Assembly (NCBI RefSeq): GCF_001194135.2
Contig: NC_068991.1
Location: forward strand, 39,336,255 to 39,380,235
DNA from: Octopus bimaculoides
Lineage: Eukaryota
Direction of reading: 5' to 3'
DNA: 43,981 bases
Shown here: one piece after another, positions 1 through 10,620 of the stretch
Numbering within the stretch: the stretch's first letter is position 1
Layout: every line of letters begins with the position of its first letter
Position numbers and translations under genes: made by a program
The notes under the pieces: generated by a model
Told to the model about the DNA's origin: nothing
The model's database searches: none
The model's input: the letters and a program-made list of their open reading frames with translations, nothing else

Positions 1-708
1 AAGCAAATAAAACGAAGAATCGTTTGTTTATGTAGTCGGCACTTAATGTATATCGGCTGAATGGACGTCAGTGATTGGTTGAAATTATCGAAATAAGACA
101 ATTTTTTACATGAAATAAATTCGAATACAAAAATATTTTTCTGTTCTATAACACAAAATAGATAAGTATACGAAGTTTGAAAGTCTTTCGGTACCAAAAG
201 CACTACGTAAAACATTAATGAAAAATGTGGCCCCCGTTTTAAAAAAGATCCCAAAGGCCTGCTGTTACATTCTTCCAAAATATCTTCTGATTCACTCTAC
301 CTAATGTCCACCACCAACTGGATGTGAACGTTTTGACAGCAAAAACAAAAAAAAATTTGTCGCGTACGCAGGGCTCCGCACATCATTTCCGCTCATCCAA
401 CACAAAAATAATAACAATAACTATAATGAAATAACAATACAATTCCGAAATATTTCTACACAATCACCACCATTCCCGCATGAAAAATAAAACAAAAAAC
501 TGAGAGCCGACTTGAGCCTGCCGACGGACATTAAAAGACTGCCTCGAAGGGACAATTGTCTTAGTCGGCGCCTTCAACCGTCAACGGCGGTCCCTCCCCC
601 ATTTCTGATTCGTGAAACCGACAACAGCTTACCTCAGCCACTCACCGTCGGTAAGTTACAAACACTCATTTTCTCGGGCTCGAATTTTTCATTGGGTTCT
701 GTTATATC

Positions 709-1059
709 AATGTTTATATGCCAACAGAATGTGACAGTCGTATAAAGGACGATGTTACTGTTATTATAGCCCCAGGAAAACATCCTTTCCAGCTGGCTAT
801 CGACACACAGTTTGTGTCCGTGTAGCGTTCGCAAGAGAAGTCATCGCTCCCATCTCTACCTGAGGACAGGTAACCACCTAGAAACCCGAATCTGTGAGTA
901 TCACGTAAGACTAGAGATGGGAGCAATGACCTCCCTTGCGAATACTATACAGATACAAACTGTGTCGATAGCCAGCTGGAAAAGATGTTTTCCTGAGGCT
1001 ATAACAATAGTAACATCGTCCTTTATAGGACTGTCACATTCTGTTGGCATATAAATATT
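709..1059. mobile_element. Foldback/MITE-like non-autonomous element, ~150-bp inverted arms around a ~55-bp spacer
   Basis: 709-~858 (ttatatgccaacagaatgtgacagtc...gctcccatctcta) is the reverse complement of ~912-1059 (tagagatgggagc...gactgtcacattctgttggcatataa) with scattered mismatches. The arm is homologous to the element at 39130-39581. TSD not resolved. Confidence 0.85.
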
Positions 1060-1427
1060 ACTATTTGGTACTGTTACTGTATATCTCTCACGCAAAGATT
1101 TAAAACAAGTTGTTCTGTTATATTTATTACACATCTCCTCTTCTCCAACAAGATTTATTTCATTACTGTATTTTTCAAATAATACAGTTATTGTCATCGT
1201 TTAAAATCTCATTTGTTTCTTCTTGTTGTCCTTGCCACCATACTATTTGCCTATTTGCCTATTTCCACCTTTATCATCATCATCATCATTATCAACCACA
1301 TTATGACAAGATATAATTGTAATACGTGAGATGAGGCTTTCGAATACAATAAAGAAATAGAATTATTCAGATGTAAAATTATTAATTTAAATTTTAACTT
1401 TGTTCGTAGGAAAAAATTTCGAGGACC

Positions 1428-3181
1428 ATGAATGCAAAACGAAGCAAGGTAGATGCTGAATGCCGAATTTTCGAAGAAACTTGGACATTAGATTATTTCT
1501 TCATTGAGCACAGTGGGAACCTGATTTGTCTCATATATCTAGAAGGCATTACTGTGAAGGTAGCAAATATTAAGTGACATTATGAGACACACTATTGTGA
1601 AAATTTTAGGACATTTACTAGACAAGCATGGAAATATGAAGTTGAGCGGTTGAAGTCTAGTTTTGGAAAAACAAACGTCATTCTTTAAAAACAGAAAAAG
1701 TGAAAATGTGGCAAATACAATTGCCAGCTATGAAGTCTCAAAATGCATTGCTGAAAAGATGAAACCTTTTAGAGATGGTGATTTTTTCTTTTTAAAAGAC
1801 TGCTTATTGGCAGTGTTGGATATTATTTGTCCAGAAACATTTTTTTATTTGAAACTATCAGCCTATCTCCGAGGACAGTCACACGGCGGGTTGAAGAAAT
1901 GTCGGCAGATGTTAAACATCAGTTAATCAACACCTGCAGTGAATTACAATATTTTTCAATTGCAGTCAATGAGAGTACAGACTTAAGTGACACTGCACAA
2001 CTTGCTGTCTTTATGCTCGGAGTGACTTCACCTTTTCAGATCGTTGAAGAATTTATTCAGTTAATTCCTATGAAGGAAGCCGTAACCGGAGCAGATATCT
2101 TTGAAGCTTTGTTGAAAATGATATCAGAAATGAAGTTTGATTTTTCGAAACTAATTGGCATCACAACTGATGGTGCCCCAGCAATGGTAGGACAAAAAAT
2201 GCAATACTACAAGTACATATAGAAAGCCTTGGACTCACACATAAACTTGTTAAAATTCATTGCATTATCCATCAAGAAACATTGTGTGTCAAGTTTTTGA
2301 AATTTAAGAATGTTATGGATATTGTTGTGAAGGCCGTGAATCTGCTCCTATTTCATCATCAATTTAAACAGTTTTTGCTAGATACTGAGGCAGAATATGG
2401 TGACCTTGCTTATTTCTACGATGTATGCTGGTTTAGCCGAGGATCAATACTACAAAGAGTACTTGCCTTACACAAAGAGGTGGCGATATTTCTCGAAAGC
2501 AAACGTGTGGATAGTTTACATTTTCGAGATCCTGATTGGCTTGCAACTTTGGCACTTATTGTGGATATTGTGACTCGTTTAAATAAATTAAATTTACAAC
2601 TTCAAGGTAAAACTCAGCTCGTAAATGAAATGTATAACCATATTGTTGCCTTTGAAAAAAAGATACAGTTGTGGGAACATCAACTTTGAAATAAAAATTA
2701 TGCACATTATCCATCATTTCAAGGAAGGAAACCACAGGATTCAAAGGTATTTATGAATATAATCCAGGATTTGAGAAATGAACTTGCATCACGTTTTGTT
2801 GACTTTCGTCTGCATGCAAATCAGTTTAAACTGTTTGCTACACCATTTTATGTGGAGATGGAGACAGTATCAGAATGTTTTCAAATGGAATTGATTGATA
2901 TGCAGGGTGTGAGGTCTAAATTTCATTGATTGACTTCTGTGCAAAATATATTTTTCCAACTGGGAAGCATACCAACTTAATGAATCCTGCAAAAAAGATG
3001 GCATCTTTGTTTGGAAGCACTTATCAGTGTGAGCAATTATTTTCTAAATTGAAGCAAAATTAGAACAATTTGAGAACAAGATTAACTGATAATCATCTTG
3101 ATAATATCTTGTTCTTGGCATCAACAAGTTTGAAGCTTATTGACAAGCTTTCAAGGAACAAAAAACATCGTTTCCCATTAA
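1428..3181 (+). pseudogene. Decayed hAT transposase, Charlie/SPIN/GTF2IRD2-like
   Basis: Translated fragments across several frames: KRSKVDAECRIFEETWTLDYFFIEHSGNLICLI...HYETH (N-terminal BED-type region), YFSIAVNESTDLSDTAQLAVF, GITTDGAPAMVG, HCIIHQE, VCWFSRG, FGSTYQCEQLFSKLK (dimerisation domain), ending VSH* at 3181. Multiple stops and frameshifts. Confidence 0.93.
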
Positions 3182-3359
3182 TTTTTTGGCTGCTATGTAT
3201 TAAAATTTTTTTTTAATGATTCCAACAATGTCTTAAATTGAATAGATGAAGTTTTTCCATTACTACATTCATCTGTGGTTAATACAAATTATTTTTAAGT
3301 ATAGTCAACACTTGTGATTAAATTTTAGCTTGTGTAATTTTCCATGATTATTCTTTTAT

Positions 3360-3433
3360 GGCCTTCGTCCGGCCCGCTATCAGTCATTAATACTCGATCC
3401 GGCCCGTGGAGGCAAAGAAGTTGCCGACCCCTG
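3360..3433 (+). mobile_element. 3' terminus of the hAT element (subterminal repeats plus TIR)
   Basis: Ends ...gttgccgacccctg (rc CAGGGGTCGGCAAC, a typical Charlie-type TIR). TCCGGCCCG occurs twice subterminally (3368, 3398). Followed by atttagac, an 8-mer with central TA typical of Charlie target sites. No matching 5' TIR or TSD found. Confidence 0.8.
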
Positions 3434-3686
3434 ATTTAGACTATGGACGTGGTCAAAACGTAATCTATAACTTTCTCTGCTTTACTTCAATGTAAACGGG
3501 TGCTTCGAAAAAGTACAGTGCATGGCTGGAAGTAGCAGGAAGTCTGAATAAATGACGAGTGTTCTGCTAGGTTGTCATGTTGAAATTTGAGGTAAATACA
3601 CAATGAAGATAGTGTCCTTAGTAATCCAAACGATGATGAAATATCAACTATTAAAGAAAATGTAACATAAATAGGAAAAAGGAAAT

Positions 3687-3690
<4 letters not shown>

Positions 3691-3720
<30 letters not shown>
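3691..3720. repeat. (AC)15 microsatellite
   Basis: Direct reading. Confidence 0.98.
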
Positions 3721-3722
<2 letters not shown>

Positions 3723-4824
3723 TACATACGCGCGTTGAACATTCTTAACAATCCTTAATTCTTTCAATGAGACGAAGTAATTTGATACATTAACACAAAG
3801 CTGCAAATTGGAGGGAGGAAACGAAAATTTTATATTTAAAAGTAGAAAAAAAGGAGAAATCAGAAGAGAGAAGGGGGAAGAAAGAAGGAGAGACAGAGAG
3901 GGGGAAGAGAACAAGAGAGGAAAAGACAGAGAGTCGGGGATTAAGAGAGAAAGAAGCAGGTAAAGAAATGATGTTAGTTACTTTATATAAGTATTTTAAT
4001 GGGAGGGAATTCCACTTCCATATTAATGTCCTCTTTCCCCGCATCGCTATTATGTGTTTATGGCTTCTTTAATTTTTATATGTTCAGCTGTTGTGTGAAT
4101 TCAATCCATTATCGTTTATGTCGGAGTTGTTATTGTTGTTTAGCTCTAGATCAACTCTGATCCAGTTTTTATTTCCATGCATACAGCATCTAGAATCATA
4201 TTTTATCCAAATGTCCTTTTCTATGGTTTTTTTATTTATTTTATTAAAGAGAGTAGGGTGTAATTTAAGGGAAATTGTTTGCATGTTGTGCGATTAATGT
4301 TGTGGGTTTCCTTGTTAACTCTTTTATGTCTGTCTCCATGCATCGAACAATTGAGCTCACTGGTGAACAGCGTCCATAATATGGTTTCGATTCCTGATTA
4401 AACTGCTTTACTTAAGTCACATCTAAGATATTAAAATCTTTATGTTTGATTTTTAAAAATAAAGAAACAGTATTAATTAAACACATGTAAATCCATATAG
4501 AAAAGATAAAGTGTAGCTGAATTGATTCCACTATTCAGTTTAATTTTGGGGGCTAATCCAAATTGTATGTTTAACGCTTTACAGAAAAGGCATTCTCTTC
4601 GTCAGTTATGCATCATCTTATAAAATCGTGACATTGCGTCTAAGGAAACTAATAGTATTTATTTAAATATTTTTTTAATGGGATTGAAATCTTTTGTTTT
4701 TTTATAATATAGTTTTGCGATAATGAACTGTAGATTTTTGTCCTGGATATCAAAATAATTCAGAGATAAAGACACAAAATCAATGTCTGTTTATCTTTTC
4801 TTAACGTGTGAAAATTAAGAGAAC

Positions 4825-4826
<2 letters not shown>

Positions 4827-4879
<53 letters not shown>

Positions 4880-4958
4880 ATTGCCATGTAATTATCTTGA
4901 ACTCGTATTGAGTCCTCTTTGGGCCTCCTTGATCTTTGATGCAAGAATTTTTATATTT

Positions 4959-4988
<30 letters not shown>
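4827..4988. repeat. (TG)~25 (4827-4877) and (TCTA)~7 (4959-4988) microsatellites
   Basis: Direct reading. Confidence 0.97.
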
Positions 4989-4989
<1 letters not shown>

Positions 4990-5414
4990 CTGCACAAACA
5001 TATATGTATATTCACACACATACATACATACAAATATATGCATATGTAAATATGCACATGTGAGTGCATATTCATATATGCATACACTTACAAAACCCTA
5101 CATATATAAATGAACCACCCCACAAAAGTGAAACATGTAAAATGTTTCAAGTTTGTCTTTAATTTAAATATTTCCTTTTCTCAAAAACGTTATCTGTGTT
5201 GTTTCATGAAAAAATAAAACGTCAAACAGAAATCAGGTGTAGCTTACTGGAAGATAACTCTTTCCCTACTACATTGTTTCGATTGTTTAGATTAATAACT
5301 GCAATCTACCTTTCCTTTATTTGAAGTTGTCCTAAATTACTACACAATTAAATTCATAATTAGAATAAGCTGCCCTCATCCATTTAGTTCCCCTACACAC
5401 ATCAATAGTAATTA

Positions 5415-5449
<35 letters not shown>

Positions 5450-5544
5450 TAGCGTGTGTGTAAACGAAAGAAATATGAAATGAATTTTTGCAGGAGTAAC
5501 GGTCTCTTTAAGATCAGCGCATTCATTACACAGGCGTCTGTATT

Positions 5545-5640
5545 TAGACCAATCAGAAGAAGCGATTAGTAAATTGTTTGGGATTGACCAATCAGAAAGA
5601 AGCCCGCCAACAGCCGGTACAAGACACTCCACCGCCCAGA
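5545..5640 (+). promoter_or_regulatory. Probable LBR promoter: two CCAAT (NF-Y) boxes, a GC box and an SRE-like motif
   Basis: GACCAATCAGAA occurs twice (CCAAT at 5549 and 5588). CCGCCC at 5632-5637. GACACTCCAC at 5623-5632. The segment is locally CpG-rich and is followed directly by the consensus donor CC|GTAAGT at 5665. Confidence 0.7.
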
Positions 5641-5664
5641 GTTGTATATTACCTGGCTATCTCC
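5600..5664 (+). other. LBR: Putative first (non-coding) exon of LBR; start approximate
   Basis: Lies downstream of the CCAAT boxes and ends at a GTAAGT donor (5665-5670). No ATG. Confidence 0.55.
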
Positions 5665-6070
5665 GTAAGTATCAATATATTTCCTACATGTTTTTATTTA
5701 TGTTTGCAGTTACACGACCGCAAAATAAACAATAATAATAGCAATCTTAGTTGCTAATAAAAGCAAAACCGAAAATGCAATTAGCAAAATGGATTTAAAA
5801 TTGATCTCTATGTTATCTGCCGATTAGGCCAAGCCTTGTTGTCCTTCCTTGTTTATAAACACCATCTGTTTAATGTGTCAAAACAGAATTATTTTTCCGG
5901 CTGTCTTACGGTCTTAAAAAATATGGGACTGTTATACAGTCCCAAAAATAAATTAAAAATATATATATATATATATGCATTTATGTTTATTTCGCTCTTA
6001 GCTCCCTAGGAGCCGGGGTTTCGATGTGTTTATGAATATGGGTGATTATTTTTATTACTTATTATTTCAG

Positions 6071-6146
6071 TTAAGAATTTTAGCTTCGTTAATTGATATT
6101 TTAAGGCGAACACATCCAACAGTTTGCAGCAGCAATTTTATCAAAG
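6071..6146 (+). other. LBR: Putative second 5'-leader exon of LBR (76 nt)
   Basis: Acceptor ttattacttattatttcag (AG 6069-6070) and donor AAAG|GTAAGA at 6147. No ATG. No transcript evidence. Confidence 0.45.
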
Positions 6147-8127
6147 GTAAGAAGTTTAAGTCGACCCACAGTAAACAGGTGTCGAACTAATTAATTGGTG
6201 TTAGATTAAGGTATTCGCCTTAAAAAATATATCAACTAAGCTAAAATTCTTTATTGAAACTATATTTTAAAACAAAATAATCACTCAAATTTTTTTTTAA
6301 AAGTGAAATTAGTCAACAATGAAATATACGAATATGTACACACACACGTGTGTGTGTATTATATAGGATCAGTATGAATTTAAGGATATAAAAGTGAGGA
6401 TACCCTTATTTCTTTATCCTCTTGCTAGTCTCACCTTTGTCTCTCAACTCCCACCCACCTGAGGTACTTTCTCTTTCTCCATTCTCCCATATTTTGTTTA
6501 TTTGTCAAATAGTAATCGCTTATCGTTTATTGTTCCAAAGATATTTTGAGTGAGTTTTAGGGAATATTCCTTTTCTTTTGAATTCCTTTCATTAAGTAGT
6601 GATGCGAGTTGCATGTGCTAGGATAATTAATATCGTTGTTATCATCATTTCGTTATATTAAGTGTTGTCTTTTTTTTTCTTCCTTGATGTGGTATATCTC
6701 TTATTGAGATACTTGCAGATGGCACCGACGTTGTTTCTATGAAATATACATATTTTGTTTCTTTGAAATGTACATATTTTTTTTAGTGAAACTTTGCAGA
6801 GATACGTTTTCATGTAGATTACAAGTATGTTGACATTTTTTAAAGTTTTGGATCTCATCCCCTACCTCTTCCAACTTCGTTTCTTCATAACACTCTTTAA
6901 AATTACATGTTTTTTTTTAATGATATTTTACAGAAATACGTTGTCGAAGGTGTCGTTTACGTGTTGTTGATTATCTAAACATATAAATCCGAAAAAAAGG
7001 AATAATGAATGCTAAAGTTAGGAAACTGGTGGTAAAAAAGTTGAAGGTGTGTGAGGACTAGGAGAGAGATATGAATTTTTTTTTCTTTTCTACATTTTAC
7101 GAACCTATTTGTAATGTACTATATCGAAAGCGATTATCTATAAATTTCAATTTTTTTTAAATGCAACTTTTCAAAGTTTGGAAGAAACAAATTCGATGGG
7201 TCTCTATTGTATAGTTATATCACTTTTGTTTACATTGCACGGCGTTCACAATATAAATCCAGTTTTCGTTTTAGTGTAATTTCCTCTTTTTAAAATGAAG
7301 TGCTGGGGGGTAGGGATTCCCATTTTGACAGATCACTTTACATCTTTGCTGGGGTTTCTTTTCTCTTTTTTTTTTTCAGTTAGCAGTCATTGCTCACAAT
7401 AATAGGGGGAAGCTCTTCTCTAAAACGACTGCTGAATCACAGGCAAGCTGACTGATGGAGGTCAATAGCATTTACTTGAACAATAGTGTGTTTAAGTATT
7501 GTGTGTGATTATGTTCATCACTTTCACCTCACATGTAGGCTCAAATGTTTGACCTATTATTGTGCTGTCTATGCTCTTACATTTATTTTACTTGTGTGGA
7601 TATTATAAAGACACCAAATGTATCAAACAGCGTTGTATAATATATACTATAGACATCTTTTTTTATGAATTGCTTGCCTGATCTACTTTCATGTTTACGT
7701 CTGGAATATAAACAGACTGTTTTCCCTCCAACACCTGGTGTTTGTTTGTATCTTTCTCACTGATTATTTCAACACAATAGCTCTGTGATTCTACTGGTAG
7801 TTAAGCACATAATACCTTTGTCATCGCCTTAATGAGTCGTCACTAGGAACAAATGGGAAGAACCAATTCAAATCATTATTCTTCGAAATTGAAACTATTG
7901 CAAATATAACTTTTTTTTTGTTTAATTATAGTCTATCAGTAAATGCTTAGTTTTTAAGTGCTATTTTGAATGGTTTTTATAAAGGATTATATTTAAATGT
8001 GGGTTTTGCATCAAATAAAATATGATAGACAATATTTACTCTTCTTTTCGCTTCCAGAAATATTTTTTAAATTGATATTTGAATGTCAATTTTATATATA
8101 TTAGATGTAAATGAGATATATTATACC

Positions 8128-8315
8128 TTTATGTTATCGTTCTCCGGGGAAAATGCTAAACGGCATTTCGTCTGTCTTTACGTTCCGAGTTCAAATTCTG
8201 CCGAGGTTGACTTTCTTTTTTGTGGTCGATAAAATAAGTACCAGTCGAGCACTGGAGTCCATGTTATCGACTTGCCTCCTACTCCGAACTTGCTGAACTT
8301 GTACCAAAATTTGAA

Positions 8316-8318
<3 letters not shown>
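8128..8318 (+). mobile_element. 5'-decayed tRNA-derived SINE (same family as 12691 and 28104) ending in (TA)n
   Basis: Shares aaaatgct..gcatttcgtctg...gagttcaaattctgccgaggt, gataaaataagtaccag and ccaaaatttgaa with the copies at 12691-12891 and 28104-28335. Confidence 0.75.
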
Positions 8319-8350
<32 letters not shown>

Positions 8351-8379
8351 AACAATGTATGAGTATATGCATATATATG

Positions 8380-8410
<31 letters not shown>

Positions 8411-8599
8411 GGGTGGGTATTTACACAACCGTTATTTAGAATTATAAATCAGATTCTAGACTTTAAAAGTATATGTACATATTTTAGTTTTTGAACTCAG
8501 ACGCATAATTATTTTATGTTTTGGTTAAACAAAAAATCCGTATTTATATATAGGTGTAACAGTTCACTGAATTGATTTCGGTACATTATTGAACGCGAA

Positions 8600-8790
8600 A
8601 GTCATAAGAACTCCTACAAGGGAACCTCTATGACATGCTAGAGGTAGCAGTCAAATCTCTCAAAATCACACCCCACCGTCTCAGAAAACGTGGCTCATGA
8701 AAGAACGTAACCCTAGATATACAAAAAGATGGGATGGTCATGGCTAGAATGCCTTTACTCATGTCTACTCGATCAACTCTAACCCCGGGA
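8600..8790 (+). mobile_element. Dispersed SINE-like repeat fragment; an inverted relative lies at ~19510-19665
   Basis: gtagcagtcaaatctctcaaaatcacaccc...ccctagatatac...ggtcatggctagaatgcc resembles the reverse complement of 19510-19665 (gtatctagga...gtgatttgagggaaatttgacagcta). Confidence 0.5.
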
Positions 8791-9184
8791 AGAGGTAAAG
8801 CTCCCAACTAACTTTTTTTGAATTCTTCCCCGAGCTAAAGTATGAACGTCATACCTCATCGCATACATTTTTTTAAAGACTTCAGACATGCAAAAAAAAA
8901 AAATATTATTATTATTATTTTAATTGTGATATAATTTGTTGAATCAAGTTTTCTTTAATGACTATTATGTCTTGAAATCTTGGCTGCAGTTTTTCTAGAT
9001 TTTAACGTAAGTTCTCTTGTTTTTCTTGATTTCTCATAGTCTCTGAGCAATACGTAATGTAGTCCCTACCATAATACATAGATTCGTGAGCTACTTGGTC
9101 TTATCCGTGACTTGGTTTCGATTCTCAATAGACCCATTAATTAATTCTCATAACGCCTTTAAACACCGAAGAAATATGTTATTC

Positions 9185-9879
9185 GGCACTCATGCTATTA
9201 GCTGTCAGAAGTGAAAGTGCTCACTGCTAGTGAAGTATCTGTCTGTCTGTTGCTGGCCTGTCGATTCTTTGGCTACTGACAGCTAATACCATGACTGGCC
9301 GGAGCGAGCTATATGTCTGTCTGTCTGTCTCTCTCTCTATCTATCTATCACTCGAAAGTTCGCGCGTCCGCGCTAGCTAGTCGTGAGTAGAAAACACAAA
9401 TTTAATATAAAAACATATTTCCTGAAATTGCAAATTATTTAAAATATAAAAATATAATTTTCAACAGTGAGAATTTATCAAAATGGAAAACAAATGAAGT
9501 TTGAAGTTTAAAAATAATAGGATCGACCANNNNNNNNNNTTCAACAGTGAGAATTTATCAAAATGGAAAACAAATGAAGTTTGAAGTTTAAAAATAATAG
9601 GATCGACCACTCACGACTAGCTAGCGCGGACGCGAGTACCCTTATACTCTGTGTTGTGTTTTCAAACGCATGGATATAGGTGTCAAATTTGTTCCAATAA
9701 CTTTCGAGTAATAGATAGATAGAGAGAGAGAGACAGACAGACAGACATATAGCTCGCTCCGGCCAGTCATGGTATTAGCTGTCAGTAGCCAAAGAATCGA
9801 CAGGCATGCAGGCAGACAGACAGATACTTCACTAGCAGTGAGCACTTTCACTTCTGACAGCTAATAGCATGATAGTGCC
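9185..9879. mobile_element. Foldback DNA element with ~200-bp TIRs and an 8-bp TSD (Mutator-like or hAT non-autonomous)
   Basis: TGTTATTC at 9177-9184 and 9880-9887. Termini GGCACT.../...AGTGCC. The left arm 9185-~9390 is the near-perfect reverse complement of 9608-9879, which carries an extra ~60-bp block. Contains a 10-N gap with a 70-bp duplicated flank. Confidence 0.9.
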
Positions 9880-10270
9880 TGTTATTCTTATAAGAGAATC
9901 CTTGTGCCTATTTATGAAATAATGTGTTACTTTTTAATCGCTGAGGAGCTTTGTGTACTCTGATGCACTAGTTGATTGGTTGAAAAAGAAAATAATGTTA
10001 GCTAGTGCTGGTGCCAGTTGGGCTGAGATGATGAAATTAAATTGTAAATTTGGGAATGTAAGTTCACATAACTAGCATTGCAAAAATATATTATAGAATA
10101 TTCTCTGCAACAAATATATTTAGCTTCCTCGTGTTGCAAGTTGTTGCAAAGTGGACGTTTCTGACTTGTCCCAAAAGTTCTTGTTTTGGAATATCGGTGG
10201 AAGCTGGAATGTACTCCAAAAAGCTCTTCACTTGTTCTGTAATAATTTATATGCACACTTATATATACAT

Positions 10271-10620
10271 GATTGTGTGGTTAAGACGTTTACTTCTCGA
10301 TCACATGGTTTCTGATTCATTTCCATTGTGTATCACTCACTTTGGGCAAGTGTCTTCTAGTATAGCCTTGATCAATTAGAGACTAAGTGGATTTGCCAGG
10401 CAGAAATTGAAAGAAGACCATCGTGTGTGTGTGTGCACGCGCACACACATACCGTTTCTACTAACAGATCCTCTGGGAATTTTGTGACTTTGAAGTTGTC
10501 TGGAATAAGTGATCTCTTGGAAAACAAATGTTAGCATCAGGAAGGGCATCTACTGTAAAACAATGCCTCAATATATTCATCCAGACCCTGCAAACATGGA
10601 AAGATGAACAACAAACAGCC
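10271..10620 (+). mobile_element. Modular tRNA-derived SINE: head + (TG)n + RTE-type tail
   Basis: Head tgtgtggttaagacgtttacttc...ttgggcaagtgtcttctagtatagcc...gaaattgaaagaagacc. Tail aggaagggcatc...catggaaagatg. Same modules at 24845-25230 and 26615-26938. Confidence 0.7.

Noticed and set aside
1-260. Probable dispersed-repeat fragment at the window start
   Set aside because: Truncated by the window edge, with no termini, TSD or clear second copy to support a call.
3840-3965. Purine-rich GA tract (possible triplex DNA)
   Set aside because: An imperfect low-complexity tract with no mirror symmetry I could confirm. Such tracts are common in this kind of genome.
3487-5063. ORFs such as MCVCVCV...
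   Set aside because: They are translations of microsatellites.
5665-5709. 45-nt mini-intron (GTAAGT...TTTGCAG)
   Set aside because: Probably too short for efficient splicing, and no transcript evidence. The acceptor at 6070 is more plausible.
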